A stretch of 64,000 nt of DNA, from assembly GCA_963769605.1 (NCBI GenBank), contig CAVYML010000009.1:12579-76578 (forward strand), in the 5' to 3' direction. How positions within the stretch are numbered: position 1 is the first letter of the stretch; the number at the start of each line of letters is the position of its first letter. The DNA is from Ignavibacteriota bacterium. Its GTDB lineage: Bacteria; Bacteroidota; Ignavibacteria; UBA10030. The position numbers were made by a program, and so were the translations under genes. The notes below the pieces were generated by a model. That model ran no database searches. It was not told the DNA's origin and saw nothing but the letters and a program-made list of their open reading frames with translations. Shown here one piece after another: positions 1 through 10,158 of this stretch.

Positions 1-2287
1 TCAGGATCCTGTTGGTGCCTTCCAGCTTCGCTTTATCCCCCGCCGGATCTTTGGACGCGTTCAGTGCAAGGATTTTCACTTTCGAATCGGAGAAGAGAAT
101 TTTCTCCAGCTCGAGAAGAATTTCCTTCATAATGCTCTTTTCATCCGGATCATCCAGCACATAGCTGTTGGGCTGAAAATCGATTTTATTCCCGATATAT
201 TTCAAAAGAGCAGCTTTGCCGTATTTTGCGGCAATTGCGTTGAAATCAAGGTTCTTGATCGACGGTATATTCTTATAGATTTGCGGAAGCAGGTTCTCGT
301 AAATCTTCGTAAATGCCTTGCTTGCGATGAAGCTTTTTAAATCCGTGCAGCTTCCGACATTCTCGTAAAATTCAAAAACAGAATTTTTCGAACCGCGGAT
401 CGTATTAATCGATACGCCGGATTCTTTCGGGAACGCATGATACAGTGTCTGGATATTGCTGATTGTCAGACTGTTCTTGGATGTTATCTTGAGATTTTTA
501 ATAACATCGAAGTCGGCCAGAACCGAATCGACGAATTCCATATCCGACGATGTCCTGAAGATTTCGTCCAGAATATCTTCCGTCCTTTTTTCCTTTGTTT
601 CCGGATTTGTTTTCGCTTCGTAGAACAGTTTCCAGTACTTGAGAACGATCCGGAGAGAGTTTTCAAATTCCTTTGAAAAAATATCGTAGCTCCGGTCCGA
701 ACCTTCGACATAATCACCGAGAGAGAACCGCAGAAATCCGGTCAGGTACGGAACCACCGAAATGCCGCGCTGCTCTGCAAGCTTTTTCGTAAATTTCTCA
801 AGGTCCTGATAGGAGAAAAATTCTTTCAAAAGGATATTGAAGAGGAACGACCCGTCGGAATCGAGAACTTCAAAATATTTTTCGGCTTGATTTTTTTCTA
901 TCACCTCTTTGGCTATATCTTTTGCCATGTGAAGTCTTTTGATGCACTCACGGCGGAAGAGTTTATTCACTCTAAATGTGTTGATTTCCTTAACGATGTG
1001 ATCCTGATAATACTTGTAGAACGGTTCGCCTTTATATTTAAAATCGTCCGGCAGACCGAGCACATCGAGCTTATCGAGCGACACCAGTTCTTCCAGGAGG
1101 AACACGTGCAGGGGGCTCCCCTCGAACGGCGAAAACCGTTTGATGGGATGATTTTTCTTTTCTCCGGACTTCCTCTCGTCGTAGCTGTCCAATTCGTCGA
1201 TAATATAATTTTCAATCAGCGCTTTTATTTTATACCGCGAGGCGTCCTTCGGAAGTTCCGACTCCATGTTGTCTTTAATTTTTTTCGAAAGCTGCGCAGC
1301 TTCAATTGTATTGACCAGCATAAAGAGGGAATTTGTGTTTCCCTTTTCAATACTGTACTGTTTCCTTGCAAATTCGATAACGTCTTCCCGTGCCGGCGTT
1401 GCAATGAGGGACCCGAGCCGGTTTCCCGTGGCACCGAGATTCTTTGTCGTCGAGAGCGACGAAACGATGCTGATGTTCGGAAGCGAAGTTATATTGTTCA
1501 TCACGTACCGGGAAATGGTACGCCATTTCGGTTCTTCCGGATCGTCGATTTTAATCGCATCGCTGTACGCTTCATCCAGAAGCAGCGTCACCTTATTATT
1601 GTTCATAAACTTAAGGAACTTGATAAGCGCCGGATTGTTGAAATCCGTATATCCGGACGGATTGGACGGATCGTTTATGATGATCGTAAGGTTTTCGCAA
1701 AACCGGTCCCACAGCGTTCCGGTATCGTCGAACAACTGAAATGTGTTTTTCATCCTGTTCAAACGATGGAATAACCGTTCAAAATCGATCCGCTTGTCGT
1801 TGGTCAGTCCGACCTCGAGATCGAACGGATTGATGTCAAACCGGTCGACGGGGAACAGATCTTTGTATTCCCATGAAGCTTCCGTATTGAAAACGATATA
1901 CGGCTTGAGAGCAGTGTTGAACAGAATATCTCGGATGATCATCTGCACATCGTCCGCGATAGAAGTGATATCCAGATTCACCAAATTGTTGATGAATTCT
2001 TTGATTATTTTTTGTTCTTCCGGCGATTTCTTTTGATACGTGTCGTGAATGCCGATATCGATCAGGAAATTTGTAAACCTTCCCTTATTATTCGATTCAT
2101 TCTCGACCTTTGTGATAAATTCCTTGTATTTTTCCAGGAATAAATTGATGCCAAAATTTTTATGATAATGGTTCCTCAGCGTCCGCTGGTATGTATTCGG
2201 AATGATATCAATAATCGTCTTGCACTTTTCGACGATCTTCGCTTCGATGGTTTTTAAGCTCCGCTGAAGCAGGTAGACGCCGTACAT
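1..2287 (-). CDS. Large multidomain protein with a class I/II aminotransferase-fold (PLP-dependent) domain carrying large insertions; partial, continues beyond window start
   Basis: Uninterrupted minus-strand frame from about 2500 down to position 1; it is absent from the ORF track because it has no stop in the window. Translation contains NDPSNPSG, LLLDEAYSD, SLSTTKNLGATGNRLGS and GISVVPYLTGF motifs typical of aminotransferase class I/II. First ATG at 2287, GTG at 2338. The frame is open upstream and overlaps the 3' end of the 2401..3678 ORF. Confidence 0.6.
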   Translation of the reverse strand, partial: MYGVYLLQRSLKTIEAKIVEKCKTIIDIIPNTYQRTLRNHYHKNFGINLFLEKYKEFITKVENESNNKGRFTNFLIDIGIHDTYQKKSPEEQKIIKEFINNLVNLDITSIADDVQMIIRDILFNTALKPYIVFNTEASWEYKDLFPVDRFDINPFDLEVGLTNDKRIDFERLFHRLNRMKNTFQLFDDTGTLWDRFCENLTIIINDPSNPSGYTDFNNPALIKFLKFMNNNKVTLLLDEAYSDAIKIDDPEEPKWRTISRYVMNNITSLPNISIVSSLSTTKNLGATGNRLGSLIATPAREDVIEFARKQYSIEKGNTNSLFMLVNTIEAAQLSKKIKDNMESELPKDASRYKIKALIENYIIDELDSYDERKSGEKKNHPIKRFSPFEGSPLHVFLLEELVSLDKLDVLGLPDDFKYKGEPFYKYYQDHIVKEINTFRVNKLFRRECIKRLHMAKDIAKEVIEKNQAEKYFEVLDSDGSFLFNILLKEFFSYQDLEKFTKKLAEQRGISVVPYLTGFLRFSLGDYVEGSDRSYDIFSKEFENSLRIVLKYWKLFYEAKTNPETKEKRTEDILDEIFRTSSDMEFVDSVLADFDVIKNLKITSKNSLTISNIQTLYHAFPKESGVSINTIRGSKNSVFEFYENVGSCTDLKSFIASKAFTKIYENLLPQIYKNIPSIKNLDFNAIAAKYGKAALLKYIGNKIDFQPNSYVLDDPDEKSIMKEILLELEKILFSDSKVKILALNASKDPAGDKAKLEGTNRIL

Positions 2288-2400
2288 GCGCAGTTGGCCG
2301 CGCCCGCCTCCTTCGACAATAGTTGCAATATGCACCTGTTCGATGTTCGAATAGAAATACGCCTTCGTTCTGGCTTCAAATTCATGAATCAGTTCTTTGT

Positions 2401-3678
2401 TCAGTTTCTGCAACCGCCCGGCTCTTTGCAATTTTGAATGAGAACGATGTAATCGTGGAGCTTCGTCAGAGCGTATTTGTCCTCGATGATTTGTTTTGCA
2501 TAATCGTTGAATTTGAAAAGTGTAATATCTTTCTTCCGGTTGTGTGTTTCGCCGAGCTGTTCCTGTTGGAACTCTTCCAGTTCTTTTTCATAATCAGCTA
2601 TCTTTCTTTCTGCGCAAACCCTGAATTTCTCAAGGCTCGAGTCGTTGACCTTTTCAAAGATCAGCCGGAGGTTCAATTGAGTATTCGCCAACGCACCCAA
2701 TTTTTTCGTATGCACTTTATTGAGCGTGTTGATGATCTTGTTATGAAGCCCGAAAACGAGCGATGTATTCGTACTGCGCGATTCAGGCGAATCATCGACG
2801 ATGACGATGCGCGTCAGATAGGCAAACCATTTGATGTCGTTAAAAACGTTCCTGCGCATTCTCTTCGCTTTTACGATAAAGATGCTTGTCATATCGTTCT
2901 GAATCTGTCCGAAGAGCGCATCGGCATCGGTAAACTCGATCACACGCACATCCTTTGCGTTGAACATTTCCGTCGCAAGGAGTTCGATAACGGTATTTGC
3001 CCCGCCGCCGACAACCGACCTGATAAAGCCGTTCAGTCCTTTGAAATTCACGGTGAGTTCTATCCGGGAAAGAAAATCTCTTGTTTCCGCATTGGTTGTA
3101 TAATGGGTGCTCTGAATAATCATCTGTTCAAGCACATCCATAAAGTAATTCCACTGAGCCTCTTCGATATCGCCGCTGAGACCGATGACATCACGGAATT
3201 TACGCAATTCTCCCGTGTCGTCTCCGAGCACCAATTTGTACATCAAATCAATCTGGGCCTGCGTTACCGGCGGCGTGCCGATGGAATAATCGTGCGCTTT
3301 GAGAATATTCGACGTCTGATGCTTTGCCGTCTCATCCACAAGTTCGGTATCAAGAAACGATTGGAGTTTATTGGCAAAGAACTGTTTCTTAGCCGTATAC
3401 TGAAACGCTTTCGAATCTTCATGCGGGAAAATCATGAGCGACACATCGGTATATCCCGGAATCAGCTCTTTAAGTTCGAGAATGCTTTTATCGATCTCCG
3501 CATGCTGGCGTGCCGGATCATCCGGTTCTTCGCAGCAGAGCCGCACAAAATTTCGTAAACTGTCAACGATATGCTTCGGGAGAAAATTCTCCGCTCGTTC
3601 GCCGAGCAAAGTATAGAGATTGACAAAGTCTCTTGCATCTGACTGCAAGGTTGCGATTGGTTTTCCGGGCAATTGCAT
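2401..3678 (-). CDS. Hypothetical protein (425 aa), directly upstream of, and possibly fused by frameshift to, the aminotransferase-fold protein
   Basis: Long minus-strand ORF with coding-like composition and a VVGGGANTVIELL segment; the plus-strand ORF 2323..3558 is its antisense shadow. Confidence 0.55.
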   Translation of the reverse strand: MQLPGKPIATLQSDARDFVNLYTLLGERAENFLPKHIVDSLRNFVRLCCEEPDDPARQHAEIDKSILELKELIPGYTDVSLMIFPHEDSKAFQYTAKKQFFANKLQSFLDTELVDETAKHQTSNILKAHDYSIGTPPVTQAQIDLMYKLVLGDDTGELRKFRDVIGLSGDIEEAQWNYFMDVLEQMIIQSTHYTTNAETRDFLSRIELTVNFKGLNGFIRSVVGGGANTVIELLATEMFNAKDVRVIEFTDADALFGQIQNDMTSIFIVKAKRMRRNVFNDIKWFAYLTRIVIVDDSPESRSTNTSLVFGLHNKIINTLNKVHTKKLGALANTQLNLRLIFEKVNDSSLEKFRVCAERKIADYEKELEEFQQEQLGETHNRKKDITLFKFNDYAKQIIEDKYALTKLHDYIVLIQNCKEPGGCRN

Positions 3679-4085
3679 GCTGTTCTCTTTGATTTAATAC
3701 TTGATGGTATTGGAGATATTCCGCTTCGCGCTCAAACTTCGAAATCTGCCTTTTTTTGCGAAATGGAAGACTCAAATCTTCTTGAATACTTTAAATATAA
3801 CAAAAAAAGGTTGTTTTGTATATTCCAATTCAAAATGGAATATTTTTTTTTCAGAAGAAAGCCCCGGAACGGCTTAAGAATCGATAGAAAGAGGATTTAT
3901 TGTATTATGGCAACTAAGCGTGGTATTGAAAGATTAAACAATCACCATGTAAAATAGGGAAATTAAGTATCATGCATTCGCACGTTTCAACTGAGATAAA
4001 TGGATCACATTTATGTGATACAAATTTTTTTGGGGGGGCAAAACCGGATAAAAAAGGAATCGTACAAAAACCAATACCGAAGCAT

Positions 4086-4108
4086 CCGCGACGACCCGTC
4101 GCGGCTAC
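4086..4108. repeat. REP-like palindrome, family 2 (CCGCGACGACCCGTCGCGG with CTAC tail)
   Basis: 7-bp stem CGCGACG/CGTCGCG around an ACC loop, followed by CTAC. Near-identical copy at 4953..4975 and a GTAG-headed copy with an expanded loop at 26634..26687. Confidence 0.6.
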
Positions 4109-4175
4109 AGAAAACTACATCAATTGGATCTTGTTCCAACGTTATCTTTGTAGACGCGGGAGTTTCTCACATCCC

Positions 4176-4667
4176 TTACTTCAGTCCGTACCTTTTTAGA
4201 TATAGATATGTCAGATAGGCCGTTCCGGTCATTTCTACCGAGCTTAAAATCGTTTCCAATGTTCGGTATTCCTCCTGCCTGGCAAGATCGCTTTTCCATG
4301 CAGAGATAATATCCGCATTCGCCCTCATCGACGCAGAAGGAATGGGAGTTGAAAGTGTCAGCGCCTGCTCAAGCGAAGAGGGAAGATTCGGCGGAAGCGT
4401 CCTGAGCGACAACGGAATAATTACATTGGCCTTTTGCTTTGATAATTCGGACGTATCGAACTGGCTTTTACCGAGAGATGTATCGCGCATCTGTCCTGTT
4501 GTTTGCTTTTTTTCTCCGACTGCAGTGGAATCTTCCAGCGGCGGTGTTAGAAGTTCCCGTCCATTCGCAGCTAATACAGCCAGGAGAAAAAGACAGAAAA
4601 AAAGAGCAGAATTTATAGATCGACTATAAGGTCGGCTGAAGAAATCAAACAATTTCTTTAATCTCAT
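4176..4667 (-). CDS. Hypothetical secreted protein (signal peptide)
   Basis: 163-aa ORF with an N-terminal hydrophobic segment; no recognisable domain. Confidence 0.35.
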   Translation of the reverse strand: MRLKKLFDFFSRPYSRSINSALFFCLFLLAVLAANGRELLTPPLEDSTAVGEKKQTTGQMRDTSLGKSQFDTSELSKQKANVIIPLSLRTLPPNLPSSLEQALTLSTPIPSASMRANADIISAWKSDLARQEEYRTLETILSSVEMTGTAYLTYLYLKRYGLK

Positions 4668-4741
4668 CTCTACCCTCCTGAAATGGATTTATATATAAAC
4701 GAATTTAAGGAGAAAATGTTGTTAAAAAAACCTTTATGAAC

Positions 4742-4797
4742 GGTGAATGGTAAATGGTGAATGGTGAACTGCAAACGGTAAACTGTAAATAGTAAAC
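4742..4797. repeat. Degenerate heptamer tandem repeat (GGTRAAY)n
   Basis: cggtgaatggtaaatggtgaatggtgaactgcaaacggtaaactgtaaatagtaaac read directly; lies upstream of the 4176..4667 ORF on the minus strand. Confidence 0.5.
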
Positions 4798-4952
4798 AAA
4801 ACAACTAATGAACCAAATAACCAAAGAACTAAGGAAATATAACGGAACACAATTGGCAATAGTTCCCTCTTCCATTTTCCCTTGAGTATTTTAAGTTCCA
4901 TTCAATCTGTGGCCGCGGGCGGCGACCGCGGTGGTTTTTCGTAGAGTAAGAA

Positions 4953-5090
4953 CCGCGACGACCCGTCGCAGCTACAAGGCGCTTCGTTAAGTCTGGCCGT
5001 CCCTGGATCCCGATATAAAACATCGGGATGCTCATTCCGGCTGCAGACTTTGCTTTGCTACGCTCGCTAAGTCTGGCCGGAATGGCACTT
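4953..5090. repeat. Cluster of palindromic units (REP family 2 copy, ATCCCGAT/ATCGGGAT hairpin, CATTCCGGC/GCCGGAATG inverted repeat, duplicated TAAGTCTGGCCG)
   Basis: Several inverted repeats read directly in the intergenic region upstream of the membrane-protein gene at 5093. Confidence 0.5.
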
Positions 5091-5092
5091 GA

Positions 5093-6529
5093 ATGAATCG
5101 TAAAAGAATTCTATTTTTCAATTATATGGAAAAAACCCATAATCTCATCAAGAATCCGCTGCTGATCTTTTTTTTAATCGTTGTCGGTACGATTGGATCT
5201 GTATGGATATTGCTCTCGAACGAATTTTATTATATCGACGAATGCGCGCATTATCTTTACAGTAGGTTCGTTTTCCAGGCGCTGCCGATAACAGTGCAAT
5301 TGTGGCACAGGCCGCTGCCGCAATGGCTGTTCGCCGTCCCCGCGCAATTCGGCCATACATTCACGATGTTCTTTGCCCTGGCGCTCTTCCTCGTTCTTTT
5401 GTTCATCACATGGCGGATTGCAGTCTTGCATGGAATAAAACATGCGGAATGGGTCGTCCTTCTCGTTGGACTTCAGCCTATTCTCTTCGATCTTTCTTAT
5501 GCATGCATGACGGAAATGCCCGCCGCTTTTATGATTGCACTCTCGTATCTTTATCACCTTAAAGGAAAACATGGCTTGAGCCTGACTCTTGCTTCGGCGG
5601 TATTTCTTTGCCGGACGGAAATGTATCTCTTTGCAGGCGTTATGTTTCTTTTTTACGCATGGAAACATGAATGGAAAATACTGCCATTGGTGCTGACCGG
5701 TCCGCTGCTCTGGATCTGCTCATCCGCTGTTATATCGGGAGATGTAATGAGCTTCTTCCGGGAATGGGTGGCTTTTTCAAGCATCGGCAAGTTTATTCCC
5801 GGAGTCTCCGTAACCCACTATTTTATGCACCTGCACAGCATCTTCGGATTGACACAGGTGCTGCTTTTCGCCGCAGGTGCCGGTTTTATTGCTGCCCGAA
5901 AAAGAAGCGCCGAGTTTGGAATTATCTACAGCACCATAACGCTTACACTTATCCTGCACACGCTTGCCGGTGCGGAAATGTTTCATTGGTCTGCAAGCAT
6001 CGGTGAATTGCGATACATCGGAGTCGTAGGCCCGCTCTTCGGAATTGTATCCGTATACGGTTTTGCGGAAATAGCAGACAGGGTACGACCCGCTGCCGGA
6101 CAGCTTCTTTTTTCACTTATCGTGCTCGCCGGGGTTGCGTATCAATGCACTACGGAAACGCATCCGCGGCGATGGGCAAATTACGAAAGAGTCGTAATAA
6201 ATTTAACCAAAGAAATTAGAGCGGAATATCCCGATCTCACGCTGCTGAGTAATCATGCAGTAGTAGCATATATCATGGACGTCCCCCCATGCGGAGGAAA
6301 ACACTTTGCACGACTGACCCTGAAAACACTCAAACAGTATCCGGAATGCATTATCCTGTGGGATCCTTTTTTCTCTCATTCCATTTTTTCCCAGACAAAG
6401 CTGACAAAGGAAAAACTGCTCCAGGATACGACTATAGAAGTTGTGGATCGTTACAAATATTGGAGCGCAGAATATCTTGTCTTGCACAAAAAGGCAAATT
6501 CTGCCCTCACTTCAGGCATAGATTACTAA
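5093..6529 (+). CDS. Polytopic integral membrane protein, possibly GT-C-like glycosyltransferase; function unknown
   Basis: 478 aa with at least 10 hydrophobic helices and a soluble C-terminal domain. Confidence 0.65.
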   Translation: MNRKRILFFNYMEKTHNLIKNPLLIFFLIVVGTIGSVWILLSNEFYYIDECAHYLYSRFVFQALPITVQLWHRPLPQWLFAVPAQFGHTFTMFFALALFLVLLFITWRIAVLHGIKHAEWVVLLVGLQPILFDLSYACMTEMPAAFMIALSYLYHLKGKHGLSLTLASAVFLCRTEMYLFAGVMFLFYAWKHEWKILPLVLTGPLLWICSSAVISGDVMSFFREWVAFSSIGKFIPGVSVTHYFMHLHSIFGLTQVLLFAAGAGFIAARKRSAEFGIIYSTITLTLILHTLAGAEMFHWSASIGELRYIGVVGPLFGIVSVYGFAEIADRVRPAAGQLLFSLIVLAGVAYQCTTETHPRRWANYERVVINLTKEIRAEYPDLTLLSNHAVVAYIMDVPPCGGKHFARLTLKTLKQYPECIILWDPFFSHSIFSQTKLTKEKLLQDTTIEVVDRYKYWSAEYLVLHKKANSALTSGIDY

Positions 6530-6548
6530 ATCGCTGCAACCGGGCGCT

Positions 6549-6959
6549 TCATTCCTTTTTTTGAACAATCCGATTCTTTTTTCTTTTTTCCAAGAAATAG
6601 TCGATGCTAAACTTTCCGGCTCCCCTTGCCGAAATAAATAGGAAGAGGAAGCAATAGAGCATCGCCAACTCTCCGCGGTTCACAATCGGCAGAATTGCAC
6701 CGGTACCGTGAGCCATCCAATATGCCACCGCCATCTGTCCGCTTGTAATGAAAGCCGCCCATCGAGTGAGAAAACCTATCATAATCAGGAACCCTCCGGC
6801 GAATTCAATCGGACCCGCAGTGCCCGCGATAGCCATTGGCATTTGCATTCCCGAGGGCGGAAAATCGAAAAGTTTTTGTGATCCGTGCCATAGAAAAAGG
6901 AAACCCGAGACTATCCTCAGCGCTGTATAAATTTGCGTTTCATATTTTGATAGAAACAT
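6549..6959 (-). CDS. DoxX family membrane protein
   Basis: 136 aa with four TM helices and LRIVSGFLFLWHGSQKL, typical of DoxX. Confidence 0.75.
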   Translation of the reverse strand: MFLSKYETQIYTALRIVSGFLFLWHGSQKLFDFPPSGMQMPMAIAGTAGPIEFAGGFLIMIGFLTRWAAFITSGQMAVAYWMAHGTGAILPIVNRGELAMLYCFLFLFISARGAGKFSIDYFLEKRKKNRIVQKKE

Positions 6960-7229
6960 TTTTCCCTCTTATCTGATTTTCATTCTCTCTTGAGTATGTT
7001 CAATTTGTATCATATTAATAGAACGCACACTCCTGCGTTTTAGTTTCTTCCTAAGCGCAACGGTTGTATTTTATTTTAGCTTTTGTACAGTGAGCAATCT
7101 TTTACCCGTTTATTATCTATTCAGCGGTACAAGAGAGGAAAAACCACAGCAGCAAATCGCTTGATTCTCGTTCATCTTGGCGACGTTCCCTTCCATTTTA
7201 AACATCGTCAAGGAAGAGCGAGGAAGTGA

Positions 7230-7640
7230 TTACTTAAGTTTGTAATAATTTTCGATTTCTTTCTTCAATTCGATATCCGTCAAAAGATATTTGAGGAGTT
7301 TCGGCTGCTTCTTTCCATCGGTAAGAATTGTGCCAAAATCGACAGAGTCGCGGTACACAATAAATGTATTTATTGAATCGATCTGAAACTCGATTTTTCT
7401 ATCGGATAGGTAGCTTGTCTTTATACCGTTCAACCTAAGGAACGGAACAAGCTTGTTCGTGTACGCGGAAAAATCATTGATAGCCTCTTCAGTAAAGTCC
7501 TTTAACGAATCAGCTTCCTCGATCGAAGGCCCGAAGAAGAAAACCTCTTTTTCGGTTGGTTTCCGTCTGTATTGACTTTGCACGGGTATTGTGACGGACA
7601 AAAGAAGCAATAAACTTAAAAGCATATATGATAATTTCAT
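7230..7640 (-). CDS. Hypothetical secreted protein
   Basis: Signal peptide MKLSYMLLSLLLLLSVTIPVQSQ; no known domain. Confidence 0.5.
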   Translation of the reverse strand: MKLSYMLLSLLLLLSVTIPVQSQYRRKPTEKEVFFFGPSIEEADSLKDFTEEAINDFSAYTNKLVPFLRLNGIKTSYLSDRKIEFQIDSINTFIVYRDSVDFGTILTDGKKQPKLLKYLLTDIELKKEIENYYKLK

Positions 7641-7787
7641 AGATTTTCAATCCTCACGCAGCATTATTTGGCTTGACCTTACGCCAGATGTATTTTCATT
7701 ATTAAATTATTGAGATCATAGAGAGCTTCATCGCTGATATGTCCCATTAGTTTCTTTCTGAAATCTGCTGCTTCTTGAAAAAGCTGC

Positions 7788-8381
7788 TTAAGAAGCAGCA
7801 TTTCCAAACACTTGTTTTATGAGGCCCTGAAATCCAGGCTCCATGGTAAATTGGACAGACGGAATTCCCATTGCCATTGCAGCTTCGACGTTCCTGATCC
7901 GGTCATCGATAAACAACAGTTCATCTGCTTTATAACCGCTCCGGTCAAGCAGACACTGATAGATTGCACGGTCAGGCTTCCGCACTCGCGCCTCACTGCT
8001 GATAACGGCTCCGGCAAGCAAGCCGCTGATTTTAAACATCGTTCTTAGCTTAGCCGACCAGCGTCCGATATCATTGGATAAACACCATACCGGAATCCTG
8101 AACAACCCGGCGTTCCTGAGAAAATCCTCGACACCCGGGACAAGAGAATGCCTTGACAGGTAATCGTCCTCAAGCGAAGGATCTAAGTGAACTTTATTCC
8201 AGAATTCGTCGGCATTTATCATGCCAAGGCTCGCATCGAAATACGCCGACGCGATTGTCTTTGCATCGACATTTCCGCCGGCCTCCGTAATGAATGGAAT
8301 TAATAGTTCTGCGACGTCATCTGCGGCCCGGAAAATGACGCCCATCGCATCGAGGACTATACAATGCGTCTTCTTAAGCAT
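7788..8381 (-). CDS. HAD superfamily hydrolase
   Basis: N-terminal VLDAMGVIF (HAD motif I-like) and FIDDRIRNVEAAMAMGI (motif IV-like). Confidence 0.7.
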   Translation of the reverse strand: MLKKTHCIVLDAMGVIFRAADDVAELLIPFITEAGGNVDAKTIASAYFDASLGMINADEFWNKVHLDPSLEDDYLSRHSLVPGVEDFLRNAGLFRIPVWCLSNDIGRWSAKLRTMFKISGLLAGAVISSEARVRKPDRAIYQCLLDRSGYKADELLFIDDRIRNVEAAMAMGIPSVQFTMEPGFQGLIKQVFGNAAS

Positions 8382-8850
8382 AAATATCTATTTTACCGAA
8401 TGGCGATATCTGAGCATAAAGTTTTCCCGATAAACTATCGAGCACCATTGTCGATAGCCCATAGTCATTTAACTTGTTATATATGTAAACCTCCGTCAAA
8501 AAACTATGCTTAAAATATTCCAAACGACATCGCCAGAGTTTGCCGATAACAGAAATGCAAGTACCCGATTCGTTTCTCCGGTACTTCTGAATTAATCCCT
8601 TTTGCATGAGACCGGGCAAAGTATCTGCTGAAAAATGATTTGCTATTCTCCTTTCATCTGATGTATATTCCTTTTTTGAGGAAGATGACGACACCGGAAA
8701 AAATTGCCACATATTTTTCTGAACCGGAACCGGTTTTTCGCCCTGCCAGATCATGAAAATTGCGATCGCAATCAAAATGATGAACGGTATGTTAAGACAA
8801 ATCCTTCGCCACAATCCATTCATCATTTTTCCCTCTATGATATTAATCAA
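8374..8850 (-). CDS. Hypothetical membrane-anchored protein
   Basis: 158-aa ORF overlapping the HAD gene by 8 bp, so likely an operon; one N-terminal TM segment. Confidence 0.45.
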   Translation of the reverse strand: MINIIEGKMMNGLWRRICLNIPFIILIAIAIFMIWQGEKPVPVQKNMWQFFPVSSSSSKKEYTSDERRIANHFSADTLPGLMQKGLIQKYRRNESGTCISVIGKLWRCRLEYFKHSFLTEVYIYNKLNDYGLSTMVLDSLSGKLYAQISPFGKIDIYA

Positions 8851-8964
8851 TAACAGAAATTATGCATTGTATTAGTTATCCAGAAAAAAAGTAAAGCTGT
8901 CATACACAGCCGGAGGCTTTGAACAGACGTCCCGCAATACGGGCCAACATCATCCGATTTCCAG

Positions 8965-9351
8965 TTAATATTTTTCATCTTCAACTTTGTACGGAATAAA
9001 ATCCAGTTGCTTTATAGGAATACCCAGACTTTTTCCATATTCAATAGCGTCTATCCAGCTTGACCTGTCTGTTGTGACATGAAACACTTTATTCCTGAAT
9101 ACAATGATCAACTCATTTCCGCAGTAAAAATGGCAATAGAATTCATGGATCAGATAAAGGAAGCGCTTCGCCATATTTGCCTGAAGCTTCTGAATGAGTA
9201 ATTCGAGGACACTTGAAGCAACTTCCACTTTGAATAAGACGATAATTCCCGGAAGAACGTTCCTCTTACCGACGATCTTCAAATCATCAAAGATTGACCT
9301 GTCCCGTTGGCTTATATTGAGAATAATACCGTGATAATTGTCTTCATTCAT
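8965..9351 (-). CDS. Hypothetical protein
   Basis: 128-aa ORF with coding-like composition; no recognisable motif. Confidence 0.4.
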   Translation of the reverse strand: MNEDNYHGIILNISQRDRSIFDDLKIVGKRNVLPGIIVLFKVEVASSVLELLIQKLQANMAKRFLYLIHEFYCHFYCGNELIIVFRNKVFHVTTDRSSWIDAIEYGKSLGIPIKQLDFIPYKVEDEKY

Positions 9352-9507
9352 TATCCAAAATTCCTGGAATTATTCTCTTTCGAGCAGCCCTTTTTCTATG
9401 AATATGCTTTGTACTAATTCTGAATCCTCGACTGTAAATCCGATTCGAACCCATTTTTTTCGCCGACCCTATTTGTGACTCTGAATCTCGACTGTTCCGT
9501 AAAACAT

Positions 9508-9964
9508 CAAATCGACACTCCACCCGGCGCAGTAAATTTGTCGTCGGCGACGTTTCCGGTATTACGTGTCTCTGCCGGTTCGAAAATGACGACCTCAACT
9601 TCTTCTTCGGCCACGGTCCGATGTTCAATCCCCCGGGTACCACGAGCAGTTCACCGGCATGCAATTCAACTGAATGATCGCGAAAATCGACCCGGAACCG
9701 GCCCTTCCATACAAAAAACATCTCGTCTTGTTCATCATGATGATGCCAAATAAATTCTCCCTTGAACTTGACAAGCTTGACTTCCTGACCATTAAGCTGA
9801 GCCGCCACTTTTGGCCGCCAGTATTCGCTGAAGAGAGAAAACTTATGGTTTAAATTGACTGGAATCGTTGTATCCACCATTGCTGCACCTGTACAAAATT
9901 TATAAGAATCCTGAAGAAATTTTCGGATAAATCCCCAAACAGGAATATCACTTTTTAATGCCAT
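9508..9964 (-). pseudogene. Cupin-domain protein with an apparent frameshift in a C5G3 run (9630..9637)
   Basis: Starts MALKSDIPVWGF at ATG 9964 and has cupin motifs HHHDEQDEMFFVWKGRFRV and HAGELLVVP. The listed frame then degenerates (GGLNIGPWPKKK...). Shifting frame at the CCCCCGGG run restores a typical cupin C-terminus, VVPRGIEHRTVAEEEVEVVIFEPAETRNTGNV..., ending at TGA 9508. Confidence 0.7.
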
Positions 9965-10158
9965 CCGCCGCCGCTGCAATGATTGAAATCTATACGATCC
10001 AGCAGCAAAATGCAAGGGATTTCTATGACTTTTATCAACGTTATAAGTCCGGTTCGCAGCAAGACGCATATACTCTGCCTTTTTTTTAAGCAGGAACTCT
10101 TATATGAATTATTTGTTTTAGTAGAGTCCGGACAAACGAAAGGCAAATTCAAACTACG

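Noticed and set aside
887-3558. Plus-strand ORFs 887..1774, 1266..1739 and 2323..3558
   Set aside because: They are antisense shadows of the long minus-strand genes; the translations are low-complexity (F/I/R-rich) with no motifs.
9344-9507. C-terminal 55 codons of listed ORF 9344..10069
   Set aside because: Out-of-frame read-through after the cupin frameshift; the sequence (GGLNIGPWPKKKLRSS...) is not protein-like. The true gene ends at 9508 in the alternative frame.
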